A stretch of 64,000 bases of DNA, taken from Candidatus Latescibacterota bacterium (GTDB taxonomy: Bacteria; Latescibacterota; UBA2968; GCA-2709665). The stretch's first letter is position 1, and each line of letters opens with the position of its first letter. The notes below the pieces were generated by a model. It saw only the letters and a list, made by a program, of their open reading frames with translations, was not told the DNA's origin and searched no databases. The position numbers were made by a program, and so were the translations under genes. The stretch is from positions 4,000,001-4,064,000 of the forward strand of contig OZ242180.1 in NCBI GenBank assembly GCA_965205485.1, in the 5' to 3' direction. Shown here in pieces: positions 44,556-54,833 of the stretch.

Positions 44556-44697
44556 AGAGTCGCAGAACCGCAGAGGAGACTTTCTGTTCAGGCTTTCGGT
44601 GACAGCCGGTGTCAAATATATCGGAAAAGCACGGAGTTGGAAATCGAAAAACGGTAGACGGCAGACCGAAGGGTCGATCGGCAGGGTCGGGTACCGG

Positions 44698-45654
44698 ATG
44701 ACAGTGAATTGGCATCGCATTACCGAATCCGCGCCGTGGCCTCACCGTGATTCGCCCGGGGCCGCGGTTTTCAAGGACCACATGTGGTTGTTCGGCGGCT
44801 GGCAGATGCTGGGCCCGATGAACTTCCCACGCCTCAACGACGTATGGCGATCTCCTGATGGCAGGACGTGGGAATGCCTCTCGCGGCAGGCGCCATGGCC
44901 GGCCCGGAATCTTGCGGGCTGCGTTGTCCTGGGCGATCGCATCTGGTTGATGGGCGGATTCGACGGCGTCCATACACTCGGCGACGTCTGGTGTTCAGAC
45001 GACGGCCGGCATTGGGATTGCGTGACACAACGCGCCCCGTGGGGTTGCCGGGGCGCTTTCGGCAGCATCGTCTACAACGAGCGGATCTGGGTTCTCGGCG
45101 GGCTCAACTGGGAGCGAAGGACGCATTACGGCGACGTCTGGTGCTCGGACGACGGACATCGTTGGGAACTGATTGAAAAGCGCTCGCCGTGGGCGCCGCG
45201 GGCCATGTTTCCCGCCATCGAACACGGAAACAGGATGTGGCTTCTGGGAGGAGGAAACTACCACGACCGGCGGGTCAATTACAGCGATGTGTGGTGTACG
45301 TCGGACGGTACGAACTGGAAGCAGGCGGCGGTCGATGCGGGATGGGCGCCTCGCCGGTTCCACGGTTCGTATGTTTACGCTGGTAGAATGTGGATTGCCG
45401 GGGGCGCCATCGAACCGTCCATCAATGTGAACGACGTCTGGTGCTCCAGCGACGGTCTGAAGTGGCGGCAATCCCACCGCTGTGCGCCCTGGGGCGTGCG
45501 CCATGCGTTTCCCTGCCTGGACTTTCAACGGAGAATCTGGCTGCTCGGCGGGTACAGCGGGTCCATCGCGGGCAGCGTCGTCTACAACGACATCTGGACC
45601 CTCGAGACACCCGAATCGGCAAGTATGGCCACCGACGGCAATCCTCGCCGTTAG
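44698..45654 (+). CDS. Kelch-repeat beta-propeller protein
   Basis: Six repeats of the pattern W..GG...DVW.S.DG..W......PW..R, the last one incomplete. Confidence 0.85.
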   Translation: MTVNWHRITESAPWPHRDSPGAAVFKDHMWLFGGWQMLGPMNFPRLNDVWRSPDGRTWECLSRQAPWPARNLAGCVVLGDRIWLMGGFDGVHTLGDVWCSDDGRHWDCVTQRAPWGCRGAFGSIVYNERIWVLGGLNWERRTHYGDVWCSDDGHRWELIEKRSPWAPRAMFPAIEHGNRMWLLGGGNYHDRRVNYSDVWCTSDGTNWKQAAVDAGWAPRRFHGSYVYAGRMWIAGGAIEPSINVNDVWCSSDGLKWRQSHRCAPWGVRHAFPCLDFQRRIWLLGGYSGSIAGSVVYNDIWTLETPESASMATDGNPRR

Positions 45655-45733
45655 ACCGGAATCTGCTGGACAACGGCGAATTATGGCGTATATTTTACCC
45701 TGCGAAGACCGGTCAGCGGTATAACACCCGGAG

Positions 45734-46771
45734 ATGAGGTCGTTAACGATGTCCAGAGGGGAACTCGAAGCCACGGCGCGCGCACTTGTTCCGGCGGGTA
45801 GAGGAATTCTGGCGGCGGACGAGAGTATGGGGACGATTACAAGGCGATTCGCGGACATCGGCCTGGAACCCACGGCCGATTTCCGAAGGGCGTATCGCGA
45901 AATGTTGTTCACGACCCCGGGCCTGTCGGACTACATCAGCGGCGTCATCCTGTACGAAGAGACGCTGAATACGGCCGCGAACGGCCGCGTTCCGTTTCCA
46001 CGGTTGCTGGCGGATCGGGGTATGATTCCCGGAATAAAGGCGGATGCGGGGCTGGTCCCCCTGGCCGGATTTCCGGGCGAACAGATAACCGAGGGTCTGG
46101 ACGGACTCCGCGCCCGCCTGGACACGTATCGTGCTCGCGGCGCCAGGTTCGCGAAATGGCGCGCCGCCATTGCGATTGGCGACCGGACTCCGACACGGGG
46201 GTGCATCCATGCCAATTCCCACGCCCTCGCCCGTTATGCCGCCGTGTGCCAGGAAGTGGGACTGGTACCCATCGTGGAACCGGAAGTCTTGATGGATGGG
46301 GGTCACACCATCGAACGCTGCGAGGAAGTCACAGAATGGGTGTTGCGCAGCGTGTTTTCGGAATTGGGAGAACACCGGGTCAATCTGGAAGGCACATTGC
46401 TGAAAGCCAGTATGGTCCTGTCCGGCGTCGATTGTCCTGCCCAGGCAGGGGTCGAGGAAGTGGCCGAAGCGACCGTGCGGTGCCTTCGGCGAACGGTTCC
46501 CGCTTCGATTCCAGGTGTGGTGTTTCTTTCCGGGGGACAGAGCCCGGAGCTTTCCACGCTGCACCTCAACGCCATGAATCGGATTGGCGGAGCCCCCTGG
46601 GAGCTCAGCTATTCGTACGGCAGGGCGTTGCAGGACCCCGCCCGCGCAGCCTGGAACGGGCAGGCCGCCAACGTGGCGGCGGCACAGAAAGTATTCCATC
46701 ACAGGGCAAGCTGCAACAGCGCCGCACGGGATGGCCGATATGTACCGGAGATGGAGGGCATCGCCGCCTGA
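45734..46771 (+). CDS. Fructose-bisphosphate aldolase class I
   Basis: GILAADES, GARFAKWR, VPIVEPEV, EGTLLK, FLSGGQS, SYGRALQ. Confidence 0.95.
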   Translation: MRSLTMSRGELEATARALVPAGRGILAADESMGTITRRFADIGLEPTADFRRAYREMLFTTPGLSDYISGVILYEETLNTAANGRVPFPRLLADRGMIPGIKADAGLVPLAGFPGEQITEGLDGLRARLDTYRARGARFAKWRAAIAIGDRTPTRGCIHANSHALARYAAVCQEVGLVPIVEPEVLMDGGHTIERCEEVTEWVLRSVFSELGEHRVNLEGTLLKASMVLSGVDCPAQAGVEEVAEATVRCLRRTVPASIPGVVFLSGGQSPELSTLHLNAMNRIGGAPWELSYSYGRALQDPARAAWNGQAANVAAAQKVFHHRASCNSAARDGRYVPEMEGIAA

Positions 46772-46853
46772 TTTTTGACCGGTATCCGCCCACCGATCCC
46801 GTTACAGCAGCAGGCGCGCTGTTTCGGGATTTTTTTGACGGCATCAGATCGCG

Positions 46854-47696
46854 ATGAATCTCCTGCATCGAACCTTTCGGCGTATTTGTCGGTCCCGCCG
46901 GGCAGTCGATCGTGAATTCCCACCCTTGAAGTTCAGGAAGATGAGGGTTACCGCCGCCGGTGTGGTACTGCTGGGTACGGCGGGCGCACTCTTCGCGTTC
47001 CTGGAATACCGGACAAACTGCATTGCGATTTGGTTAGGCGAGGAGTTGGACCGGAACAATGCAAGGCGCGCCACGTCGGGCGCTTTATGGAAGCGGCTGG
47101 ACACGCGGGCCCAGGTACGGGATTCGTTGAAGACGGTGGAAACACCCGCGGTCGGCGGCCTTCCCGATGCCGTGGCTGACGCTCGCTTCGACGTGGACCG
47201 CGTGCCGGAGTCCGGTATGCCTTCCTTTATCTCGGTCTGGCGTACGGAACGCTCACGGAACGAGGGGCGGGAAACCCGAGAGTTGCTGAAGAGCGTTCGC
47301 GCATTCAATCTGGGGTTGTCCCTCCTGAAGCTGGCAGTCTTGCCGGACGTGCGTTTTCGTGACCGGATACGCAGCCGGGTCGATGCCGTGTACCGGCACG
47401 CGGGCGAGACCGAACATCACGGCGACGCTGACACCGTGAATGTCGCGGATTCCATCCGGGCGGACGTGCGCGAGCGGCTGGAACGGGTCTTCGTTGAACA
47501 ATTCCGGTCCGATGAACGGAATCGCCTGGTGCAAGAGTTCCGGACGGGTCGTGTCAGCCAGATCCTGATTCAGAGCGGGCTCGGCACCTACCGAGGAAAG
47601 CTGGTTTACGTCGATCCTGAACGTGCATCCGTCAGGTTCGACGTGGAATCCGGGGCAATGGACGCACTCTTCGACGGTTCGGGAGGTCGGCCCTGA
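46854..47696 (+). CDS. Hypothetical membrane-anchored protein translationally coupled to PBP1A
   Basis: TM segment VTAAGVVLLGTAGALFAFL. Stop codon overlaps the PBP start (TGATG). No family recognised. Confidence 0.6.
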   Translation: MNLLHRTFRRICRSRRAVDREFPPLKFRKMRVTAAGVVLLGTAGALFAFLEYRTNCIAIWLGEELDRNNARRATSGALWKRLDTRAQVRDSLKTVETPAVGGLPDAVADARFDVDRVPESGMPSFISVWRTERSRNEGRETRELLKSVRAFNLGLSLLKLAVLPDVRFRDRIRSRVDAVYRHAGETEHHGDADTVNVADSIRADVRERLERVFVEQFRSDERNRLVQEFRTGRVSQILIQSGLGTYRGKLVYVDPERASVRFDVESGAMDALFDGSGGRP

Positions 47697-49762
47697 TGCG
47701 CGGGATCCTGCTTCGAAACTACTGGACCCGGACCGGTATGTTTCTTGCGGCCGACGCGTTGCTCGTCGCCGGCCTTGGCTTCGCCTGGCTGTTGACGACC
47801 CTTCCGCGAATTCCTCCGGACCCCGAGGCGTTGAGCAGCCAGGCGGGTGTGAACATCTTCGCGGATACAGGGGAGTTGCTGTTTACATTCAACCGTCGGG
47901 TCAGGCAGGTGAGGCTGGACCAGGTGAGCCCCTGGTTTGTCAACGCGGTCATCGCGACAGAAGACGAGTCGTTTTACCACCACCGGGGCGTAAGCTTGAA
48001 AGGCATCGCCGGGGCGTTCGTGGCGAACCTGAGGCATTTCCGGAAAGTCAGAGGTGGAAGCACGATTACCCAGCAGATCGTCAAGAATGTATTTCTGACG
48101 CGTGAGAAGACCTATCTGCGGAAGGCGCGGGAGGCGCTGCTGGCCGTGCAACTCGAGGCGATGTTTTCACGGTTGTACGGTGAATCGGCCAAGGACAGGT
48201 TGCTGGAAATCTATATCAACGGCAGTTTCTTCGGTACCAACGCATACGGCGTGGAGGATGCGTCGCAGACGTTTTTCGGAAAGGCCGCCGCGGATCTGAA
48301 CCTTGCGGAGGCGGCCATGCTGGCCGGGCTGCCCAATTCTCCGGGGTCGTTGAACCCGTTCCGCGACGGCGGCAGGCAGGCGGCGGCTCGTACCGCCCAC
48401 GTTCTGAGGCGCATGCACGCGGCTGGTTACATTGAAACAGACGCGTTGAACGACGCTCTGGCCGCTTCGCCGGCCCTGGCGTCTCGACTGCGCGACAGGA
48501 ATCGGACGCCCTACTTCGTCGAAATCATCAAGGACGAGGTTGTGCGGCGATGGGGACGGTCCGCGCTCAGTTTTGGAGCATTGGATATTTACACCACGTT
48601 GGACTTTCACATGCAGAAGGACGCGGAAAAGGCTGTTGTGGAAGGACTTGCGGATGTTGATGAGCGGATTGGATTCGGCGCGTACGATAGTGCGGACAAA
48701 GAGGCGAGGCGCGAATACCTACAGGCGGCTCTGGTCAGCCTTGAACCGGCGACCGGATACGTCCGCGCGATGGTGGGCGGCCGTGACATCTTCATCAGCT
48801 ACTTCAACCGGGCAACAGCCGCAAGACGCCAGCCGGGCTCGGGTTTCAAGCCCGTCGTGTATCTGGCGGCGCTCGCGTCGGGAGAGATATCGTCCGTCAC
48901 GTTGTTTGACGATGAGCCGAGGACCTACACGGTAAACGGGAACCCATGGATGCCCAGGAATTTCAGGGACCGGTATCTGGGTATGACCACGGCCGCCTGG
49001 GCTTTTGTGAATTCCGCGAATTCGGCAAGCGTGCAGGTTCTGGATCTCATCGGCCCCGAACGGGTTGTGAAAATGGGCCGACGACTGGGAGTACGGAGTC
49101 CACTGGCCCCATATCCGAGCATCGCGCTGGGCTCGAACGAGGTTTCACCGCTGGAAATGGCCTCGGTCTATGGCACAATCGCCAACTACGGTGTGCGCGT
49201 GGAGCCGACGTTCGTGCGGCGGATCGAAGATTCCGGGGGGCGGGTGGTATACGAACACCGGGTACAGCCGGTTCCCGAAATAGACGCCGCGGATGCCTAC
49301 GTTATGATCCGGTTGCTTCAGAATGTCATCCTGCGAGGTACCGGACGCGGGGTTCGATCCGGGGGATTCGTCCGGCCCGCGGCGGGCAAGACGGGTACGA
49401 CGAACGACCATACGGACGCCTGGTTTACCGGTTTTACTCCGGACCTCGCGACCTGCGTCTGGGTCGGGTTCGACCGGAAGACCCGGAGGAAGACGCGGAT
49501 TACAGGCGGCCGCGACGCCGTGCCGATCTGGACGGCTTTTATGGCGCGCGCGACGGCCGGACGCGCGTCGCGTGATTTCTGGAAGCCTGACGACGTCTAC
49601 GAAGTACAGGTCGACGTGAGGACCGGCGTCCAGGTGGACGCTTCAGCCGCTTCGGAGTCGCATCCGGCCCCGATTCTGGTGGCGCTCAAATCGGTGGAAT
49701 CGACGAACAGCAAACGTACGGTCGCGGAATTCCGTTCGGCCGCGGCCGATTCGGCCAACTAA
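47696..49762 (+). CDS. Class A penicillin-binding protein (PBP1A family)
   Basis: GT51 motifs EDESFYHHRG and GGSTITQQ; transpeptidase motifs RQPGSGFKP, SAN, GKTGTTN. Confidence 0.93.
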   Translation: MRGILLRNYWTRTGMFLAADALLVAGLGFAWLLTTLPRIPPDPEALSSQAGVNIFADTGELLFTFNRRVRQVRLDQVSPWFVNAVIATEDESFYHHRGVSLKGIAGAFVANLRHFRKVRGGSTITQQIVKNVFLTREKTYLRKAREALLAVQLEAMFSRLYGESAKDRLLEIYINGSFFGTNAYGVEDASQTFFGKAAADLNLAEAAMLAGLPNSPGSLNPFRDGGRQAAARTAHVLRRMHAAGYIETDALNDALAASPALASRLRDRNRTPYFVEIIKDEVVRRWGRSALSFGALDIYTTLDFHMQKDAEKAVVEGLADVDERIGFGAYDSADKEARREYLQAALVSLEPATGYVRAMVGGRDIFISYFNRATAARRQPGSGFKPVVYLAALASGEISSVTLFDDEPRTYTVNGNPWMPRNFRDRYLGMTTAAWAFVNSANSASVQVLDLIGPERVVKMGRRLGVRSPLAPYPSIALGSNEVSPLEMASVYGTIANYGVRVEPTFVRRIEDSGGRVVYEHRVQPVPEIDAADAYVMIRLLQNVILRGTGRGVRSGGFVRPAAGKTGTTNDHTDAWFTGFTPDLATCVWVGFDRKTRRKTRITGGRDAVPIWTAFMARATAGRASRDFWKPDDVYEVQVDVRTGVQVDASAASESHPAPILVALKSVESTNSKRTVAEFRSAAADSAN

Positions 49763-49818
49763 CGCGTCAAAACACAGAAAGTAACGTATCCAACAGCACC
49801 CCCACGGGGAGGATTGTC

Positions 49819-50769
49819 ATGCTCAGGGCAGCTCAGGAATTCATGAACGAACTGAGTGCGGACCAGCGGAGCCGGGTTCTGTACGCGTTTAATCACGAGG
49901 AACGTTACAACTGGAACTACGTACCCGTAAAGCGAAACGGCGTGCCCTTCAAAGCGATGTCACCGGCGCAGCGGGAGTCGGCGCACCGTCTCCTGAGAAG
50001 CGCCCTCAGCGATTCCGGATATCAGAAGGCATTGGACATCATGGTCCTGGAGGGCATTCTCGGCGAAATCGAATCCCGGTCGGTATCGCGCTTCAGCAGG
50101 GACCCGGACGGGTATTTTCTGACGCTTTTCGGAGATCTCGTTACGGGAACAGCCCCGTGGGGTTGGCGGATCGACGGCCACCATCTGTCGTTGACGGTCT
50201 CGGTCGGCGCCGAAAGGAAGGTGGCGTCCACGCCGGCTTTCTGGGGCGCGAACCCGGCGCGGGTGCCCTCGGGAGAAAGGACGGGCTGGCGCGTCCTGCG
50301 AGACGAAGAGGATCTGGCGCGGAGCCTTCTGAAAGCATTGCCGGAAGACCTGCAGTCCGCGGCCCGAATCGCGGATGAGGCGCCAAGCGACATCCTCACC
50401 CGAAACAGCAAGGTGGCCCGGATCGGCGATCCGGCGGGCGTTCCCGTATCTGAAATGCCGCGGGCGCAGAAGGAAACGGTGACGCGGATTCTGAAACTGT
50501 ACGCGTCGAACCTTCGAGCGGACCTCGGCGAAGCGCACCTGTCGAGAATCCGCAGGGCCGGGGTGGAACGGTTGCACTTTGCCTGGGCCGGCGGGGTTCG
50601 CCCGGGGGAGAAGCACTACTACCGGATTCACGGGCCCACTCATCTCGTGGAATACGACAATACCCAGAACGACGCGAACCACATTCACTCCGTACTGCGC
50701 GATCTGGAGAACGACTTCGGCCTCGATCCGTTACGGGACCACTACGCGGATTGCGAACACGACTCATAG
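49819..50769 (+). CDS. DUF3500 domain protein
   Basis: PWGWRIDGHHLS, TPAFWGANP, FAWAG, HYYRIHGP..LVEYDNTQNDANHIHSVLRD..NDFG. Confidence 0.88.
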   Translation: MLRAAQEFMNELSADQRSRVLYAFNHEERYNWNYVPVKRNGVPFKAMSPAQRESAHRLLRSALSDSGYQKALDIMVLEGILGEIESRSVSRFSRDPDGYFLTLFGDLVTGTAPWGWRIDGHHLSLTVSVGAERKVASTPAFWGANPARVPSGERTGWRVLRDEEDLARSLLKALPEDLQSAARIADEAPSDILTRNSKVARIGDPAGVPVSEMPRAQKETVTRILKLYASNLRADLGEAHLSRIRRAGVERLHFAWAGGVRPGEKHYYRIHGPTHLVEYDNTQNDANHIHSVLRDLENDFGLDPLRDHYADCEHDS

Positions 50770-50778
50770 GAGCGTCAC

Positions 50779-52236
50779 ATGCCCATCCCGCCCGAGGCAA
50801 CCCGGGTTTCGCCCACCCTGTGGGAGATCCCGACTTCATTCAAGAAGGGCATGCGGGTCCCGGCGCGAATTTACGCAACGCGAAAGCTGATGGCGGAAAT
50901 GGACCGCGGCGTCATCGACCAGGTGACCAACGTGGCCACGCTGCCGGGCATCCTGAACTATGCCTTCTGCATGCCGGACGGGCACTGGGGATACGGTTTT
51001 CCAATTGGCGGGGTCGCTGCAATGGACGTCGAGCGGGGGGTGATCTCGCCCGGGGGCATCGGCTTCGACGTCAACTGCGGAATGCGTCTGGTGACCACCA
51101 ATCTGACGTACGACGAGGTCAGGCCCCACCTCAGGAAACTCGTGGACCGTCTGTTCGACCGCGTGCCGGCGGGTGTGGGGAGTACGGGTTTTCTGAAGAT
51201 CTCACACGACGAGTTTCGAACGGTCGTGCAGGAGGGGGCGCGGTGGTGCGTTGAGAATCACTTCGGGTGGCGGGAGGATCTCGAGCGGACCGAGGAAAGT
51301 GGCTGCGTTTCGGGCGCGGACGCGGCGAAAATCAGCCGAAAGGCGGTGGAGCGGGGTTTCAACCAGATCGGTACGCTCGGTTCGGGGAACCACTACCTCG
51401 AAATCCAGGTTGCAAGACCCGGCCAGGTGTTCGACGAGGCCGCAGCCCGGGCATTCGGCATTACGCTTCCAAACCAGGTTGTTGTGATGTTTCACTGCGG
51501 CAGCCGGGGTTTCGGCCACCAGGTGGCGACCGACTATCTTCGGGTTTTTCTAAAGGTGATGCAGAAGAAATACGGCATTTCAATCCGGGACCGCGAACTC
51601 GCGTGCGCGCCGTTTCAGTCCCCGGAGGGCCAAGACTATTTCGCCGCAATGAAGTGCGCGATCAACATGTCCTTCGCGAACCGGCAGGTGATTCTTCATC
51701 GTATCCGGGAGGTGTTCTCAGACGTATTGAAACGCAGTCCCGAAGAGATGGAGATGCGCCAGGTGTACGACGTGGCGCACAACACCGCCAAGCTCGAGCG
51801 ACACGTGGTCGATGGCCGGCATCGCACGGTGCTCGTTCACCGCAAAGGCGCGACCCGGGCATTCGGTCCGGATATGGACGGCGTTCCCGACGGATTCAAG
51901 GCTCACGGTCAGCCGGTGATCATCGGCGGCAGCATGGAGACCGGTTCTTATCTGCTTGCGGGGTCGCCGGACGGAGGCCAGGCGTTTTTCTCCACGGCTC
52001 ACGGCAGCGGACGGACGATGAGTCGCACGAAGGCGCGCAAGCAATTTCACGGCAAGCGGCTTCAGAAGGAGATGGAAGCCCGGGGCATCTACGTCAGGTC
52101 CGTCTCCTTTGCGGGCCTCGCGGAAGAGGCGGGCGGCGCGTACAAGGACATCGACGAGGTCATCGAAGCCACACAGAAGGCGGGTCTCAGCCGCCGCGTC
52201 GTGCGTTTCTCTCCCATCGGCAACGTAAAGGGGTAA
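50779..52236 (+). CDS. rtcB: RNA-splicing/repair ligase RtcB (archaeal/eukaryote-like, archease-associated type)
   Basis: MPDGHWGYGFPIGGV, GFDVNCG, GTLGSGNHYLE, HCGSRG, HNTAK, HRKGATRA, HGSGR, EEAGGAYKD. Confidence 0.95.
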   Translation: MPIPPEATRVSPTLWEIPTSFKKGMRVPARIYATRKLMAEMDRGVIDQVTNVATLPGILNYAFCMPDGHWGYGFPIGGVAAMDVERGVISPGGIGFDVNCGMRLVTTNLTYDEVRPHLRKLVDRLFDRVPAGVGSTGFLKISHDEFRTVVQEGARWCVENHFGWREDLERTEESGCVSGADAAKISRKAVERGFNQIGTLGSGNHYLEIQVARPGQVFDEAAARAFGITLPNQVVVMFHCGSRGFGHQVATDYLRVFLKVMQKKYGISIRDRELACAPFQSPEGQDYFAAMKCAINMSFANRQVILHRIREVFSDVLKRSPEEMEMRQVYDVAHNTAKLERHVVDGRHRTVLVHRKGATRAFGPDMDGVPDGFKAHGQPVIIGGSMETGSYLLAGSPDGGQAFFSTAHGSGRTMSRTKARKQFHGKRLQKEMEARGIYVRSVSFAGLAEEAGGAYKDIDEVIEATQKAGLSRRVVRFSPIGNVKG

Positions 52237-52238
52237 CC

Positions 52239-53198
52239 GTGACGGAAGACCGCGTTCGTGAGCCTGATTCCGAGCCGCCGACGGACGCAGGGTCGAAGGA
52301 ATACGAGAAAATGAAGATCTCCATGATCCTGATTGCAGGTTCGCTGGGAAGCGGCAAGACCACGCTGCTGCGCCACCTGGTGGCGCGCGCCGACCGGCGG
52401 ATCGCGATTCTGATGAATGAATTCGGTGAGATCGCCATCGACAGCAAGATCGTGGAGGGCGAACATATTCGTATGACCGAACTCGCGGGAGGTTGCGTCT
52501 GTTGTTCTCTTGCAGGTGAATTCGAGGAAGCGGTCAGGGAAATCGTCGAGACGGTGCGTCCCGAACTCATCGTGGTTGAAACCACCGGCGTCGCGGAACC
52601 GGATGCGGTCATCTTCGACGTGGAGGACAACCTTCATGGCGTTCGCATGGACAGTGTGGTCGTGATCGCGGACGCGGACCTCATGGTGCGATTTCCCGAC
52701 CTGGGATACGTGACCACCACCCAGTTCGAATCCGCGGATTTGATCCTGTTGAACAAAGTGGACCTCGTCACGCCCGGCCAGCTCGACGCCGTCGAAGCAC
52801 AATTGGAGCGCGTGAATCCCGAGGCGTCCATCGTGCGCACTTTGAAATGCGCGGTGGACATTGGGCTTCTGTTCGGTGTAATCGAGAAGGGTCAGAGGCA
52901 CTTGCGCACACGGGTAACGCATACCGGTCTTGTGGAAATCGACAGCTTCGATTTCGTTTCCGATATGCCCGTGGACCGCGTGAAATTCGAACGTCTCGCG
53001 GAGAATCTGCCAAAGTCCGTGTACCGCTCGAAGGGATTCCTGCGATGCGTCGATGCCGCATTTCTCTTCAATTTCGCGGGGGGCAGATGGACGTTGGAAC
53101 CCTTTGAAGCAGACCGAACGGAACTCGTCTTCATCGGCAGGGGCGCGGCGGAAGCGCGGGTGAGGGTTCTGGCGGAACTCGAAGCCTGTCGGGTGTAG
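52239..53198 (+). CDS. COG0523/CobW family GTPase metallochaperone
   Basis: GSLGSGKTT, NEFGE, GGCVCC, ETTGVAEP, NKVD, YRSKG, ELVFIG. Start is GTG 52239 or ATG 52311. Confidence 0.9.
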   Translation: MTEDRVREPDSEPPTDAGSKEYEKMKISMILIAGSLGSGKTTLLRHLVARADRRIAILMNEFGEIAIDSKIVEGEHIRMTELAGGCVCCSLAGEFEEAVREIVETVRPELIVVETTGVAEPDAVIFDVEDNLHGVRMDSVVVIADADLMVRFPDLGYVTTTQFESADLILLNKVDLVTPGQLDAVEAQLERVNPEASIVRTLKCAVDIGLLFGVIEKGQRHLRTRVTHTGLVEIDSFDFVSDMPVDRVKFERLAENLPKSVYRSKGFLRCVDAAFLFNFAGGRWTLEPFEADRTELVFIGRGAAEARVRVLAELEACRV

Positions 53199-53217
53199 CC
53201 ACGGAAGGGATGCCGCA

Positions 53218-53649
53218 GTGTCATATCGGTTTATTGAAGATATCGCGATCGCGGACGTGGCTTTCGAAGCCTGGGGCGAAGATCTCGGCGGGGTACTTCG
53301 CGCGGCCGCGGAAGCAACGCTGAACGTTATGGTTTCGGACCTGGATTCCGTGGCGCCGAGAGAACGGCGAACCGTGAAGCTCGAGGCCGAAGAACCCGAC
53401 TTGCTGCTGTTCGATTTTCTGCAGGAAGTGATCTTTTTCAAGGATGCGAATCGGCTTCTTCTGAGGCCCGCGAACGTCGTCGTGGAAGCCCATGAGAGCG
53501 TCTTCAAGGTGTCGGCGGACCTTGTTGGCGAAGAACTGGATATGGAACGCCACGACCTGATCGTGGACGTGAAGGCCGTCACGCTTCACCGGTTCGTCGT
53601 GGAACGCGTCAAGGGGCGGTGGCGGGCGTTTGTTGTCCTGGATATCTGA
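53218..53649 (+). CDS. Archease
   Basis: YRFIED...ADV.FEAWG, LLFDFLQE, DVKAVTLH, C-terminal VLDI. Confidence 0.92.
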   Translation: MSYRFIEDIAIADVAFEAWGEDLGGVLRAAAEATLNVMVSDLDSVAPRERRTVKLEAEEPDLLLFDFLQEVIFFKDANRLLLRPANVVVEAHESVFKVSADLVGEELDMERHDLIVDVKAVTLHRFVVERVKGRWRAFVVLDI

Positions 53650-53650
53650 A

Positions 53651-54262
53651 ATGAGAGTCGGCGCCCTCGTGTTGTGTGGTGGACGAAGCCGAAGAATGGG
53701 AACGTCGAAGGCCTGGTTGCGATTCGGCGAAGAATACCTGCTCCAGCGCGTGGTACGTTCGCTCAAGGGCACGCTCGAACCCGTGTTCGTGGTTTCCGCG
53801 CGGGGGCAACGGCTACCGCGCCTTCCCGACAGCGTTGAAATCATCCGGGACCGGGTGCCCGACAGGGGACCGCTGGAGGCGCTGGCGGCCGGACTCGAAG
53901 CGATATCCCGACACGCCGATACGGCATTCGTCTGCGGGTGCGACGCGCCCTTTCTGCGACCGGAATTCGTGCTTCGCCTGGTGCAGATCGCAAGTGAAGC
54001 GGATATTACCGTGCCGCACGCCAACGGCCGTCTCCATCCGCTTGCAGCCGTTTATCGGGTGTCGGTATTGCCACGGATTCAGGAAATGCTGGATGCCGGC
54101 GCCCTCCGGCTCACGACGTTGACGGAACGTTGCGACTGCCGCAGCGTGCCCGGTTCCGCATTACGGGATGTAGACCCTGAACTGGAGTCACTGCGAAATA
54201 TCAACACGCCCGAGGAATACAGCAACGCGCTCTCAACCGCCGGCATCCTCCGCGGGGATTGA
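53651..54262 (+). CDS. mobA: MobA-like molybdenum cofactor guanylyltransferase
   Basis: LCGGRSRRMGTSKAWL, GPLEAL, CDAPFL, HPLAAVY, NINTPEE. Confidence 0.85.
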   Translation: MRVGALVLCGGRSRRMGTSKAWLRFGEEYLLQRVVRSLKGTLEPVFVVSARGQRLPRLPDSVEIIRDRVPDRGPLEALAAGLEAISRHADTAFVCGCDAPFLRPEFVLRLVQIASEADITVPHANGRLHPLAAVYRVSVLPRIQEMLDAGALRLTTLTERCDCRSVPGSALRDVDPELESLRNINTPEEYSNALSTAGILRGD

Positions 54263-54407
54263 TCGGCCCGGGGAATCTTGGTATATTGAATCCGGTTGCC
54301 CGCGCGTCTGCCGGGTGGTTGGTCGACGATCGGTTGGGTCGGACGAAGATGCGAGCGCAGACTGGCACAGCAAATTACAATATCGTCATCATTTCAGGGA
54401 GGGCACT

Positions 54408-54710
54408 ATGCACGAGGACAAAACTCTGGTCACCGAGGATGAAATCCGGGAAGCGCTGAAGGGATTGGAAGGCTGGGAATACGACGGGGAAAACAGGGCG
54501 ATTCAGCGAGTATGGAAGTTCCAGAAATTCGTTCCGACGATGGCATTCGTGCGCACGATTACCCGGGTCATGGACAGCAACAACCATCACTCGGACCTCA
54601 ATCTGGACAGCAGGACCAAGACCCTCACGGTTACGGTGACGACGCACAGCGAAAACGCCGTCACAAGGGCCGACCTCGATTTTGCCAGCGCATTGAATGC
54701 TGCGGAATAG
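54408..54710 (+). CDS. Pterin-4a-carbinolamine dehydratase family protein
   Basis: LEGW, F..F...MAFV, NHHSD, TTHS...VT..D...A. TTGATC-N17-TATATT promoter at 54259-87. Confidence 0.85.
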   Translation: MHEDKTLVTEDEIREALKGLEGWEYDGENRAIQRVWKFQKFVPTMAFVRTITRVMDSNNHHSDLNLDSRTKTLTVTVTTHSENAVTRADLDFASALNAAE

Positions 54711-54833
54711 CCGGTGAGTTTACATCTGCCGGATGGCGATTGGACTTGCAAAATCGGGAAAAGTTCGTTATGTTAAGGTGACACTTCAAATGCGTCTTTC
54801 CCGTTGACAAGCAAAGGAAAAGGAGATATTCGA

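Noticed and set aside
44698..45654. Periodic DNA repeats of the form GACGTCTGGTG...GACGG
   Set aside because: Fully explained by in-frame Kelch protein repeats with synonymous divergence.
51267..52238. 643-aa ORF suggesting a long N-terminal extension of CobW or an rtcB-cobW frameshift fusion
   Set aside because: The extension is an off-frame read through intact rtcB with low-complexity G/R/P composition. rtcB has its normal C-terminus and I saw no slippery site.
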